Part shown: one piece after another, positions 9,185 through 19,246 of the stretch
Layout: every line of letters begins with the position of its first letter
Position numbering within the stretch: the first letter of the stretch is position 1
Assembly: GCA_963697545.1 (NCBI GenBank)
Contig: CAVOOL010000022.1
Location: 12,979 to 76,978 of the forward strand
Length of the DNA stretch: 64,000 nt
Direction of reading: 5' to 3'
Origin: an uncultured Bacteroidota bacterium
GTDB taxonomy: Bacteria; Bacteroidota; Bacteroidia; Chitinophagales; Chitinophagaceae
Notes under the pieces: generated by a model
The model's database searches: none
What the model saw: the letters and a program-made list of their open reading frames with translations, nothing else
What the model was told of the DNA's origin: nothing
Made by a program: the position numbers and the translations under genes

Positions 9185-9255
9185 AGCCAGTTTCAGGCAA
9201 AGAAGACATGAAGTGATGGAAAAATTGTTGAATAGAATTACCAATCGCAGGCCAG

Positions 9256-9337
9256 AAGTCAAAATTCAAAAGCAAAAAGTAAAAGAAGTACTACAACAAA
9301 AGCAGCCTTTGGTGTTTTGATTTTGACTTTAAATTTT
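9256..9337. repeat. Imperfect inverted repeat, AAGTCAAAATTCAAAA family
   Basis: Left arm 9256-9285 and right arm TTTTGATTTTGACTTT; similar to 11195-11266. Confidence 0.7.
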
Positions 9338-9340
9338 AAC

Positions 9341-9694
9341 TCAATACCGCTTCCAGGCCTTTAAATATTTTGAAACATCGTTCAAGTCTTTTTGGGAGAT
9401 CTCATTTTGTTTAAAAGAAGGCATTACCCCCAGCCCATGGCGCATTTGAAAACGCTTAATAAATTGCGGAGCAGGATTTGAATTGATAGCGGGAGCTAAA
9501 CCGCTTTCTCCACCCGGATGGCATTTTTGACAATTAGCCATAAAAACCATTTCACCATTAGCTACGCGTTCATTCTCTGGTATAAATTGCTTTTGTTTGA
9601 TGGGCTCACTTTTCCTGGCAACACATGAAAAAATAAAAACTGAAATTGAGATCATCGCCGCCATCAAAACCAGCACTATCCCATATTTTTTCAT
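9341..9694 (-). CDS. Cytochrome c lipoprotein
   Basis: CQKCH heme motif, distal Met (GVMPSF), lipobox-like FSC. Confidence 0.85.
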   Translation of the reverse strand: MKKYGIVLVLMAAMISISVFIFSCVARKSEPIKQKQFIPENERVANGEMVFMANCQKCHPGGESGLAPAINSNPAPQFIKRFQMRHGLGVMPSFKQNEISQKDLNDVSKYLKAWKRY

Positions 9695-9696
9695 AA

Positions 9697-11151
9697 CTAC
9701 TGCTTTGTGATTTTCCAGATCATGCCTGTGTTTATTTGTGGTTGGGGGCCCTGCTTGCCTGTTTTCATAATGCCAAAATCAACCACGTACAAAGCACTTC
9801 CTGATGGGTTGAATTTTACAGATACCGGTCTTTCCAAACCTCCTTTTTTCAGCATAGTAGCAGGACCATTTCGCTTTCCTTTATTCACTGCAAAATCTCT
9901 AACCACACCTTTATCAATATTTACCCGAACAATTTTAAAGCCAACCGGTGATAGCACTTTGCCTGAACCGGGGGCCATATCGCCAAACTGTGCCACGAAA
10001 GCCTCTCCCTGAAATCCAAACTCTGCACGGCGTGAAAAGTCAAGGCCGTTAGAGGAAGAGTGCACACCAAAAATGGCCGCAGGTTTTGGCGGTGTGCTGG
10101 GGTAATTCTGCATCAGAGGTTTTACATATTCGCTATTAGGAGATTTAAACTCTTCATCGATGGAAATGGGTTTGCCGGCAGAGAAATCGGGCCAGCCATA
10201 CCAGGTTCCCTGTTTAATGTCCCAAAGTACATCGCCGGTTCCCCACACAGGCCGACTGCCTCTCTCATCATAACCATTTTCTGTAACGAACAATCTCCCA
10301 TCGTTTGAAAAGGCCAGGCCAAAAGGATTGCGTAGTCCCCATGCCACTAATTCTACCGCTCCACCATTCAGGGGCATTCGTAAAATTGCTCCTGTGCAGG
10401 GAAGTTTTCCTTTAATAACTTGCCCTTGCGTGGTGGATGTACCAAAGGGAACAAAAGCTCCTGTTGTGCTTTGGTCGTTGACGCTATCGGTTAACACATT
10501 GGCGGAAATATAATTTTGTCCGCTCAGGTAAATGTCTTTGCAGGGAATGTCGTGAAAATCTTTTTTTCTAAGCAGCCAGCCAAATTGTGCATTATCCTCG
10601 CCAACAACTCCCGAATTGGTTGCAGTGCCCTGCCCAAAATAAATATATCCGTCTTTAATTACAGGCCCATTGGTATGATGGTCGCCAACACTTGGTAGAT
10701 TTGAAACAAGTGAAGTAATAGTTCCGTCCTTTGTGATTTTTAAAATACGGCCGCCTTCCATTTCACCGCCTTCGGCTACGTAGAAAGCTCCATCCTCCCA
10801 CACAATTCCTGTCCATGGACCATTGCGTGGGCCTTTGGCAATAGTGGTTGTTTTGCCGTTTGCCTCTACCCTAAGCAATTTCGGTTCGCCCCACACCTCG
10901 CCGTACGAATAACCGGCTTCAATTACATACAAGTTTCCTTCCTCATCAAAAGCTGTAGCTGTGGGAAAATTAAGTCCTGATACAACAGGTTCAATTTTAT
11001 AGCCGGGAGTGAGTGCAATATCATTGGCATTGATGCTGCGCTGCGGCATGTTCTCAATCTGTCCTCCACCGTGAGATCTGCGCATGCGGTAGCAGTTCGC
11101 AAGGCTAAAAGAAAATAATAGCAGAAGAAGGAGGTAAAAGAGCTTTTTCAT
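9697..11151 (-). CDS. Glucose/sorbosone (PQQ-type) dehydrogenase family beta-propeller
   Basis: GDHHTNG, GLRNPFGLAF, YGWP and LERP motifs; lipoprotein-like signal from MKKLF. Confidence 0.85.
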   Translation of the reverse strand: MKKLFYLLLLLLFSFSLANCYRMRRSHGGGQIENMPQRSINANDIALTPGYKIEPVVSGLNFPTATAFDEEGNLYVIEAGYSYGEVWGEPKLLRVEANGKTTTIAKGPRNGPWTGIVWEDGAFYVAEGGEMEGGRILKITKDGTITSLVSNLPSVGDHHTNGPVIKDGYIYFGQGTATNSGVVGEDNAQFGWLLRKKDFHDIPCKDIYLSGQNYISANVLTDSVNDQSTTGAFVPFGTSTTQGQVIKGKLPCTGAILRMPLNGGAVELVAWGLRNPFGLAFSNDGRLFVTENGYDERGSRPVWGTGDVLWDIKQGTWYGWPDFSAGKPISIDEEFKSPNSEYVKPLMQNYPSTPPKPAAIFGVHSSSNGLDFSRRAEFGFQGEAFVAQFGDMAPGSGKVLSPVGFKIVRVNIDKGVVRDFAVNKGKRNGPATMLKKGGLERPVSVKFNPSGSALYVVDFGIMKTGKQGPQPQINTGMIWKITKQ

Positions 11152-11173
11152 GTGCAGCGATTGATGAAAAACG

Positions 11174-11190
11174 CTTAAAAAATTGTGCCA
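11174..11190 (-). promoter_or_regulatory. sigma54-like promoter
   Basis: TGGCAC-aattt-TTTAAG, 23 nt upstream of the 11151 start. Confidence 0.5.
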
Positions 11191-11194
11191 GGGA

Positions 11195-11266
11195 AAAGTC
11201 AATTTCAAAAGTAGAAAGTAAAAAAGAAACCGGTAGCTGCTGTCAGCATTTTTGAATTTTGACTTT
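11195..11266. repeat. Imperfect inverted repeat, same family as 9256-9337
   Basis: AAAGTCAATTTCAAAA ... TTTTGAATTTTGACTTT. Confidence 0.75.
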
Positions 11267-11298
11267 AATGGTTTTATGCATTTAGAAACCAAGCCGAA

Positions 11299-13326
11299 TT
11301 ATTTAATCACCACGCTTCCCAGTTTTTTCGACAGCTCTATTTCCATTTGCTTTAAGTGCAGGTGTGTGAGGAGTAAGGTCTGTTGTTCGGAAGGCTCGGC
11401 CTTTTCCAGGTCAACATGGTTTTGCAGCAACAAACGTTTGATTTTTCGAAGCTTTATATAATTAACGGCACTTTCCACCTCTTCGTTGGTAGTATCTTTT
11501 TGCGTTTTTAAAAAACGCATTAAGTCTTCTTCGTTCTCCGGACGCAGGTTGTCAAGAAAAGCCCTGTAGTCCTGCTGAAACAAACTTTTTTGATATCCCG
11601 TTGACTGGCTTAGCTCTCTTTTCCAGTGCTCGCTTTCTTCATAGGGAAAATAGACAAGGGAAACGGCCAAAGTGCTGATAACCGGATCGGGGTGATAAAG
11701 AAAATAATTTTTTTCCGGCTTGAGGTGATCGGCTAAAACCTGTTTATAGGTATGAATGAATTTAACGATAACCTCGTTGTCGATCAGGTCTTCCTCGGGC
11801 AATTCCGATAAAACATGTTCGGCGATAAGATGCGAGGCGTCCCATTTTTTAAATCCATGTTCCAAAAGAACCCTGGCGATTTCTCTTTCCTGCAGATCAT
11901 CTTTAAAAAGAAGGTTAAAGGTCTGGTCACTGTAATCATTGTCCGCCGCCTTTCTGGCATTTTCTTCAATCACTTTGGCTTCATCAAAGGGAAGCTTGTT
12001 TTCCTGCAGAGAAATGCGGTTGCGGATAAATTTATTGACAAGATTGGTAAACCCTGTTTCATCAATATGCAAAAGCTGGGAAGACTGGCGGATGTAATCC
12101 TGCTGCCGGGTAAAATCTTCTGTTTTATCAATTTTTGAAATCGTTTCAGCGATCTGGTTTACAACCGCTGCTTTCTTATTGGCATCCGTACCGGCATCTT
12201 TCAGAGCTACTTCAATCTGAAAAAGAATGAAATCTTTTTTATTGTGAAGGACAAAATTTTTAAAAGCGTTTGTGCCTACTTTTTTTACATAACTATCCGG
12301 GTCTTCTTTATCGGGGATCAACACCAGTTTTACATTAAGACTTTCTTCCAGCGCCATGTCCAGTCCCCGCATAGCGGCCTTCACGCCTGCTGCATCGCCG
12401 TCATAAATAATAGTAAGGTTCTTTGTGTATTTTTTTATCAGGCGAAGCTGGTCTTGCGTAAGCGAGGTGCCACCGCTGGCTACCACGTTTTCAATGCCCG
12501 CCTGATGCAGCGAGGTTACATCGGTATACCCTTCCACCAGCAAACACTCATCTGCCTTATCAATAGCATGCCGGGCAAAATACGTTCCGTACAGGAGCTT
12601 GCTTTTTACATACAACTCGTTTTCGGGAGTGTTAATATATTTGGGTGCTTTGTCGTTGCTTTTTATCAGCCGTGCGCCAAAGCCAATCACCTTTCCGCTG
12701 TTGTTGTGAATTGGGAAAACAATCCTGTCGCGGTAATTATCCACCAATTGCCCCTGGCGGTCTACTACCAGCCCGGCTTTTTGCAAAAGCTCTGCATTAA
12801 ATTGTTGTGAGATAGCTTCTTTAGAAAAAGCATCCCTTTTATCCGGTGCATAACCCAGTCCAAACTTTTTGATCGTTTCTTCTGTAAATCCCCTTTCCTT
12901 TAAATAAGCCAACCCAATGTTTTGTCCATCCTCTGTTTCAAATAATTGCTTTGCATAAAACTGCTGAGCAAACTGGTTGATAATATACAGGCTTTCAGAG
13001 GTTTGCTGGATCAGCTTTTTTTCAGGAGAGGCTTCTGTTTCCTCAACCTCTACATTGTACCGGTTTGCCAGCCATTTTAAAGCCTCCACATAGGAAAGCT
13101 TTTCATGTTCCATTAAAAAACTGATGGTATTACCACTTTTACCACAGCCAAAACATTTAAAAATTTCTTTGGAAGGCGAAACGGTAAAGGAAGGGGTTTT
13201 CTCATGGTGAAAGGGACAGTTTCCAAGATAATTGGCGCCCCGTCTTTTGAGCTTAACAAAGCTGCCTACTACCTCTATAATATCAATGCGGGAAAGGATC
13301 TGCTGTATGGTGTTCTGTGTAATCAA
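11299..13326 (-). CDS. dnaG: DNA primase
   Basis: CPFH..KTPSF and CFGC zinc finger, KYINTPE, VEGYTDV and YDGDAAG Toprim motifs; TTG start. Confidence 0.97.
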   Translation of the reverse strand: MITQNTIQQILSRIDIIEVVGSFVKLKRRGANYLGNCPFHHEKTPSFTVSPSKEIFKCFGCGKSGNTISFLMEHEKLSYVEALKWLANRYNVEVEETEASPEKKLIQQTSESLYIINQFAQQFYAKQLFETEDGQNIGLAYLKERGFTEETIKKFGLGYAPDKRDAFSKEAISQQFNAELLQKAGLVVDRQGQLVDNYRDRIVFPIHNNSGKVIGFGARLIKSNDKAPKYINTPENELYVKSKLLYGTYFARHAIDKADECLLVEGYTDVTSLHQAGIENVVASGGTSLTQDQLRLIKKYTKNLTIIYDGDAAGVKAAMRGLDMALEESLNVKLVLIPDKEDPDSYVKKVGTNAFKNFVLHNKKDFILFQIEVALKDAGTDANKKAAVVNQIAETISKIDKTEDFTRQQDYIRQSSQLLHIDETGFTNLVNKFIRNRISLQENKLPFDEAKVIEENARKAADNDYSDQTFNLLFKDDLQEREIARVLLEHGFKKWDASHLIAEHVLSELPEEDLIDNEVIVKFIHTYKQVLADHLKPEKNYFLYHPDPVISTLAVSLVYFPYEESEHWKRELSQSTGYQKSLFQQDYRAFLDNLRPENEEDLMRFLKTQKDTTNEEVESAVNYIKLRKIKRLLLQNHVDLEKAEPSEQQTLLLTHLHLKQMEIELSKKLGSVVIK

Positions 13327-13331
13327 GCTGG

Positions 13332-13339
13332 CAAATATA
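13332..13339 (-). promoter_or_regulatory. Bacteroidota -7 promoter box, 5 nt before the dnaG start
   Basis: TATATTTG matches TAnnTTTG. Confidence 0.65.
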
Positions 13340-13359
13340 GGTTTAGACGCTGATGTTCA

Positions 13360-13416
13360 GCTTCGAAGTTTGAATTTAATAACAGCCGCTGCTAAAAGCG
13401 AATTCAAATTTCAAGC
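13360..13416. repeat. Imperfect inverted repeat
   Basis: GCTTCGAAGTTTGAATTT ... GAATTCAAATTTCAAGC. Confidence 0.55.
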
Positions 13417-13450
13417 GATTCCGGAATCATACCGGTTGAACAGGATCAAT

Positions 13451-13467
13451 CGGCACTAAAATTTAAG
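13451..13467 (+). promoter_or_regulatory. sigma54-like promoter
   Basis: CGGCAC-taaaa-TTTAAG upstream of the 13588 ORF and EF-G2. Confidence 0.45.
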
Positions 13468-13587
13468 GTTTTTTGACCAAATAAAAATCTTCTTTTTTAA
13501 AGAAACAGAGGTAATTTAGTACACCATCCTACGCCTATAGGGACAATGAAGTGAAAAGCACATTTTTTAACCTTAAATCTTCATCCC

Positions 13588-13962
13588 ATGGTCCAAACAG
13601 ACATCTCACAGCTTTCAGCTGAGTGCACCGAATGGCGGCAAATTTTACGCAACTACCGCGACGAATTGCAGGAATATCAAAAGGCGCTTCAGGAAACTTG
13701 CCAGAACACTCTCTCAAAAGATGACCTAAGGTGGGTCGAGCACTACGACAACCAATTCCACATCCAGCTTATCAACATTCACGACCTAAAGCAATGCATT
13801 AAAAATCACGAACGAAAGATTCTTTTTCAGGGAGATAATATCTCAGAACAAACGTACACGGATCATGAAAACCTGCTGAATGAGTTTTTGGCCCAGGAAA
13901 ATACCCTTCAGGAACTGCGCAACAGTTTTAAGGGATTTGTCAGCAAGATAAGTTGTTCATAA
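13588..13962 (+). CDS. Hypothetical helical protein
   Basis: 124-aa ORF with coiled-coil-like composition. Confidence 0.75.
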   Translation: MVQTDISQLSAECTEWRQILRNYRDELQEYQKALQETCQNTLSKDDLRWVEHYDNQFHIQLINIHDLKQCIKNHERKILFQGDNISEQTYTDHENLLNEFLAQENTLQELRNSFKGFVSKISCS

Positions 13963-14041
13963 AAATATGAAACATAACCTACTTTTTATACGTACAAGTG
14001 GTATGTAAGAACGTTTATTGCCTCACTTAAAACACTATTTT

Positions 14042-16179
14042 ATGCCAGAGTTTGATACCTCACACGTAAAAAATATTGTTTTGCTGGGCCATGCCGGCTC
14101 TGGCAAAACAACCTTAGCGGAGTGTATGCTTTATGAAGCCGGTTTGATTACCCGCCGCGGTTCTGTTGACGAAAATAATACCGTGGGCGACTATCACCAA
14201 CTGGAACAGGAACGCGGCAATTCTATTTTTTCAAAGCTCATGCATACCAAATGGCGGGGGTATAAAATCAATATACTCGATACGCCGGGTTATGATGATT
14301 TTGTGGGTGAGGTTCTTTCGGCCCTGCGTGTGGCCGATACAGGGTAATGCTTTTAAATGCCGCTATGGGTGTTGAAGTGAGTACTGATATTATCTGGGAT
14401 TATACGGAGCAGTTTAAAACACCAATGATTTTTGCAGTTAATAAACTGGATGATGACCAAGCGGATTTTGATAAAACCGTACAACAGGCTAAAGACCACT
14501 TTGGAAGCAATATAACCGTGGTACAATACCCCCGGCAGCAAGGCGCTGGTTTTCATGAAATTATTGATGTGTTACGAATGACCATGTATAAATTCATGGA
14601 TACAGGTGGTCAAGCCCGAAAAACTCTCCATTCCCGATGAGGAAAAAGAAAAGGCTGAACAATTGCATAAGGAACTGGTAGAAGCCATTGCCAGTAACGA
14701 TGAAGGCTTGATGGAAAAATATTTCGACCAGGGCGAGCTGACCGAAGATGAAATGAGAGAAGGGTTGAAAAAAGGCCATGATCAACCATGACCTGTTTCC
14801 CTTATTTTGTTTGAGTGCCGAACGAAATATGGGCAGCGGACGACTGATGGGATTTATAGATAACGTTTGCCCAAGCGCTAATGAAATGCCGGCGCAAGTG
14901 ACCACCAGCGGCGAAAAACTGCCTTGCGATGCAAATGGCCCTGCCTGCATTTTTATTTATAAGACGATTTCAGAACCACATGTGGGTGACCTCTCTTATT
15001 TTAAGGTTTTTTCAGGCACGATCAAATCCGGGATGGAGTTGGTGAATGAGTCAAACGGCGCTGTAGAAAAAATCAACCAGTTGTTTTTAATGGAAGGAAA
15101 TAAACGCCTTCCGGTTAATGAATTGGTAGCAGGCGATATTGGCGCCACCCTGAAGCTGAGAAATACGCATGTCAACAATACCCTGCACATAAAAGGAAGG
15201 AACTATGAGTTGCCTCCCATAGTGTTTCCTGCATCCAATATGACGGTTTGCATCGAACCGGTTAACAAAGGCGAAGAAGAAAAGCTTGCCCAGGCACTTC
15301 ATCAATTGACGGGAAGAAGATCCTACCCTACTGGTAGAAGTTTCCCAGGAGCTGAAACAAACGCTCATTCATTGCCAGGGCGATATGCATCTGGCCGTTG
15401 CCAAATGGAAAATTGAAAACTTATATAAGGTGCCGGTACGTTTTGGACGGCCACGCATTCCTTACCGCGAAACCATCCGAAAAATGGCAGAAGCCAATTA
15501 CCGGCATAAAAAACAATCAGGCGGCGCGGGGCAGTTCGGTGAAGTATATATGCGGATTGAGCCTTTTTACGAAGGCATGCCCGAGCCTCAGGGATTGACG
15601 GTACGTGGCAGAGAAACTTTTGATTTGGATTGGGGTGGGAAGTTGGTGTTTTATAATTGCATTGTCGGCGGCGCTATAGATGCCCGTTTTCTGCCTTCCA
15701 TCTTAAAAGGGGTGATGGAAAAAATGCAGGAGGGTCCTCTAACGGGTTCTTATGTACGGGATGTGCGGGTTTGTGTTTACGATGGCAAGATGCATCCTGT
15801 TGATTCCAATGATATTTCATTTAAAATAGCCGGTATTATGGCCTTTAAACAGGCTTTCCAGCAAGCTGACCCCCAGGTCTTGGAACCTATCTACGCCGTA
15901 GAGGTTTTGTGTCCGGAAGATCTTACAGGTGCCGTCATGGGCGATTTGCAAAGCCGTCGCGGCCTGGTGGAGGGGATGGATACAGAAGGCCATTTTCAAA
16001 AGATCATTGCAAAAGTTCCACTCTCGGAATTGCACGACTTGTCTTCTTCTCTTCGTTCCATAACCCAGGGAAGAGCCAAGTTCAAAATGCGATATGATAG
16101 TTATCAGCCCATGTCCTTCGAGCTTCAGAAAAAATTGACGGAGGAATACAATAAATCTTCGGTTGAAGTTTTAGCATAA
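14042..16179 (+). CDS. fusA: Elongation factor G paralog (EF-G2 type), four frameshifts near 14345, 14611, 14775 and 15309
   Basis: GHAGSGKT, DTPG and NKLD motifs; PRIPYRETI, HKKQSGGAGQFGEV, DGKMHPVDS, LEPI and GDLQSRRG across five ORF fragments. Confidence 0.92.
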
Positions 16180-16341
16180 CAAAAACATTTCATCCTTAAT
16201 CTTGGCCATCTATAATTTATCTATAGGTAGCTAAGTGTTTTTGTGTATTTCGGCGAGATTTTTTTGGGGATTAGGAAATTTCAAGGTTTTCTTATTAATT
16301 TGAAAACACAAAGCAAACCATCATCCTAAAATCTTCTTCCT

Positions 16342-16593
16342 ATGCATGCCTATTTTCGTAACCATCAGTTGTATCTGGCCGAAAGATCAGAGTGGCTGGA
16401 TCGTCATGTCGTTAAGACCAGTAAGCGAGCTTTAATGAAAATTGAAAGTTGGAAATTAATAGCTCAATCCGGTGACCAGGACAATCAATTAAGATTAGTG
16501 GAAAAATTAGTAAAGGATTCCCTGCTAACGGCCATCCCTAACAAAACAGTCCTCCACAAAGAAGGATTTTACCTGTCCAATCTTAAAAACTAA
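16342..16593 (+). CDS. Hypothetical protein (83 aa)
   Basis: ORF track; followed by a hairpin at 16601-16633. Confidence 0.55.
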   Translation: MHAYFRNHQLYLAERSEWLDRHVVKTSKRALMKIESWKLIAQSGDQDNQLRLVEKLVKDSLLTAIPNKTVLHKEGFYLSNLKN

Positions 16594-16686
16594 TACAACC
16601 CTTACCCTTCCGATACTTCATCGGGAGGGTAAGCCGTTACCTTAGCCACATGAAAAATTCCAATATTTACCATTAAATACTGCCTT

Positions 16687-16953
16687 ATGGGTACATTTTT
16701 ATCCTATGTAGAAACCAGAAGCCACTTCAGTGTTAGCTATCCGTATTATGGATTGTTTGGAACAGCGGATGTAAAATTATTACAAACAGAAGGTGACCCG
16801 CTATTTGAATGTAAGTTGGTGAACGGCGCCATTATGTTATTAAAAAAGATAAGTAACAGCCGGAAGTGGATTGATGTTCAATTAAATAGAGAAACTCCTC
16901 TGTCTTCCGTTATTGGAATGTATATAGATGATTTTATAAAGGAGCCGAAATAA
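16687..16953 (+). CDS. Hypothetical protein (88 aa)
   Basis: ORF track; ends at a terminator. Confidence 0.6.
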   Translation: MGTFLSYVETRSHFSVSYPYYGLFGTADVKLLQTEGDPLFECKLVNGAIMLLKKISNSRKWIDVQLNRETPLSSVIGMYIDDFIKEPK

Positions 16954-16980
16954 AAAAAGAGGGCTTTAACCCTCTTTTTT
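16952..16980. terminator. Bidirectional terminator
   Basis: AAAAAAAGAGGG-ctttaa-CCCTCTTTTTT between convergent genes. Confidence 0.8.
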
Positions 16981-16997
16981 ACTATTGTTTTAAATTT

Positions 16998-17453
16998 TTA
17001 GGCGCTGGCCAATTTGGTTTTGCGCTTTACCACTACTGTTTCTTCTTCAGACTCAAGCTCCTCTAAAAATCCATTCTTTTTGAAATATACCGCATGCCAA
17101 ACATGATCTAAGGAAACCTGCTCTGAGCTTTCATATTCAGCCTCCGCCAGTTTACTCCAGCTACCATCCCTGTTGAGATCTGTAGTAATTTTTGAAGTGA
17201 CCTTAGGATAAGCAACCCATAGCTTGGATCCTTCTTTTAAAGCGGGCATGATATCGTCCAAAATACTATTTAGCTGGCTTTCACTAACGGCAAAGACCAA
17301 AGCAAAATCAATTTTTCTGGAACGCAACAATGGCGTAAGATTCTTAGCGAAAGAAAGCTTACTAAATTGTTTTTCAATTGAAGAAGGAAGACCCTGAATT
17401 AAAATGTTCTTTTCGTTTTTGAGTTGAAGCTTTTCTAAAATTGTTTGTGACAT
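16998..17453 (-). CDS. Hypothetical protein (DUF3052-like)
   Basis: LWVAYPK..S...TDLNRD..W and QVSLD..W motifs. Confidence 0.7.
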   Translation of the reverse strand: MSQTILEKLQLKNEKNILIQGLPSSIEKQFSKLSFAKNLTPLLRSRKIDFALVFAVSESQLNSILDDIMPALKEGSKLWVAYPKVTSKITTDLNRDGSWSKLAEAEYESSEQVSLDHVWHAVYFKKNGFLEELESEEETVVVKRKTKLASA

Positions 17454-17560
17454 ACCGGTTTTACTGTTTTTTTAAACTTGTGAAGTAGTACAAAGGTTTT
17501 TCACACAAACAGGTACGCAAAAGTACGAAAAAAAAGGGTGCTAGCCAAGGAAGCATAAAG

Positions 17561-17595
17561 AAAAAACCCGCCAAGATAAGCATTGGCGGGGATTT
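17561..17595 (-). terminator. Intrinsic terminator after the M48 peptidase gene
   Basis: CCCGCCAA...TTGGCGGG stem with a minus-strand U tract. Confidence 0.7.
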
Positions 17596-17624
17596 CTAAT
17601 AAAATTTTAATCTGGTAAAAGGGT

Positions 17625-18434
17625 TTATTTACCCATGGGCTTATAATACTTCAAAGCCTCAGGCATCCATTTTTTAATATCGGCAATACGTCTTTGATCC
17701 GAAGGGTGATCACTTAAAAACTCCGGCGGACGGGAACCACCAGACTGTGCAGCCATACGCTCCCAGAAGGGAACTGCTTCCTGCGGATTATAACCAGCCA
17801 GAGCTGTCCATATCAAACCATAATGGTCTGCTTCAGACTCATCACCCCTGGAAAATTTCATAATACCCAGCGAAGAGCCCACGCCAAAAGCCTGAAGAAA
17901 TATATTTTGGGTAGTGGAAGGTTTGTTGGATAAGGCTACGGAAAGTGCTGAACCCAAGCCCTGCTGAAGCATTTGCTGGCTCATTCGTGCATTACCATGC
18001 TGGAAGACAGCATGCGTAATTTCGTGGCCCAGAACTACTGCCAGGGCTGCTTCATTTTTTGTATAAGGCAATAAACCGGTATACACTACTATTTTTCCTC
18101 CCGGCATACACCAGGCGTTGGCTTCGTTGTTAGAAACAAGATTATATTCCCATTTGTAGCCTTCTAATTGATTTTGCAACCCCTTTGAAGCAAAGTATTG
18201 TTCAACTGCCTTGGAAAGCCTGAGGCCTACCCTTCTGACCATTTCCGCATCCCGGTCAGCGGAAGCACTTACTACTTTATTTTGTGATAAAAATTGTTGG
18301 TATTGCTGTACCGCCATGGACTGCAATTCTGATTCCGGTAATAATTGAAGATGGCTTTTGCCTGTTATGGGGTTTTTTGAACAGGCCGTAAAAACGCTTA
18401 CGATCAGCAAAAAACTGGTTAATTTCCGCATCAT
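17625..18434 (-). CDS. M48 family metallopeptidase lipoprotein
   Basis: Lipobox FTAC, NAWCMPGGK, HEITH, ESEAD and LSDHPS motifs. Confidence 0.92.
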   Translation of the reverse strand: MMRKLTSFLLIVSVFTACSKNPITGKSHLQLLPESELQSMAVQQYQQFLSQNKVVSASADRDAEMVRRVGLRLSKAVEQYFASKGLQNQLEGYKWEYNLVSNNEANAWCMPGGKIVVYTGLLPYTKNEAALAVVLGHEITHAVFQHGNARMSQQMLQQGLGSALSVALSNKPSTTQNIFLQAFGVGSSLGIMKFSRGDESEADHYGLIWTALAGYNPQEAVPFWERMAAQSGGSRPPEFLSDHPSDQRRIADIKKWMPEALKYYKPMGK

Positions 18435-18526
18435 CTTTTTACTTTTTTAAAGTGAATTCAATGATTATACCAAAGAAGAGATAAGATGGAAGAAAACCCG
18501 GGAGGCTTACTTTCGGTATGTTAAAG

Positions 18527-19172
18527 CTATTTACGGTTCTTGCGGCGGTCGCGGTGCTTTAAGATAGGAACCTTGCTTTCGCTTCCCTTTAATGAGCCTT
18601 CCAATGTTTTTTTGATGCGTAAGAAGGACGAGCATAGCTACGGTAATCGCAAATATGCGGTAAAGCTTTTCGGGTTCATTAAAAATAACAAGGATAAAAA
18701 TGGGGAAAGCGATACTGGCCAAAATAGAGCTTAAGGAAACCCAGCGGGTCAGATAAAGTACCAGAATAAATACGCCGACACAGCATAAGGCAACATTTGG
18801 CTGAATGCCCAGTACCATTCCAAAAAGACAGGCCACGCCTTTTCCTCCTCTGAATTCGGCCCAAACGGGGAAAATATGACCAAGTACGGCAGCAAGACCA
18901 AGGCCTAATTGCATATTGACCAGGTAGATATCATTGTCAAAAGAATCAGGAAGAAAGAAAGCAAGCTTAACAGCAATGATTGCCTTTACCATATCAGCAA
19001 CCATTACAAATGTGCCCCATTTAGGACCCAGTACACGATAGGTATTGGTAGCGCCGGAGTTTCCACTACCATATTCTCTGATATCAAAACCGAAAAAAAT
19101 CTTACTAACCCAAACGGCTGTAGGAATACTTCCAATTAGATAAGCGAGGACAATTAATAAAACCTCATTCAT
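18527..19172 (-). CDS. plsY: Glycerol-3-phosphate acyltransferase, probable frameshift near 18571
   Basis: YLIGSIP, GSGNSGATN, GHIFP..FRGGKGVA and HQKNI motifs; corrected C-terminus ESKVPILKHRDRRKNRK. Confidence 0.93.
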
Positions 19173-19246
19173 AGAATAATGGTTGGTTGAAGCAGAACAA
19201 AAATAATAGAAAATCTCAAAGGATTCATGTTAATTTAAACGCGGCA

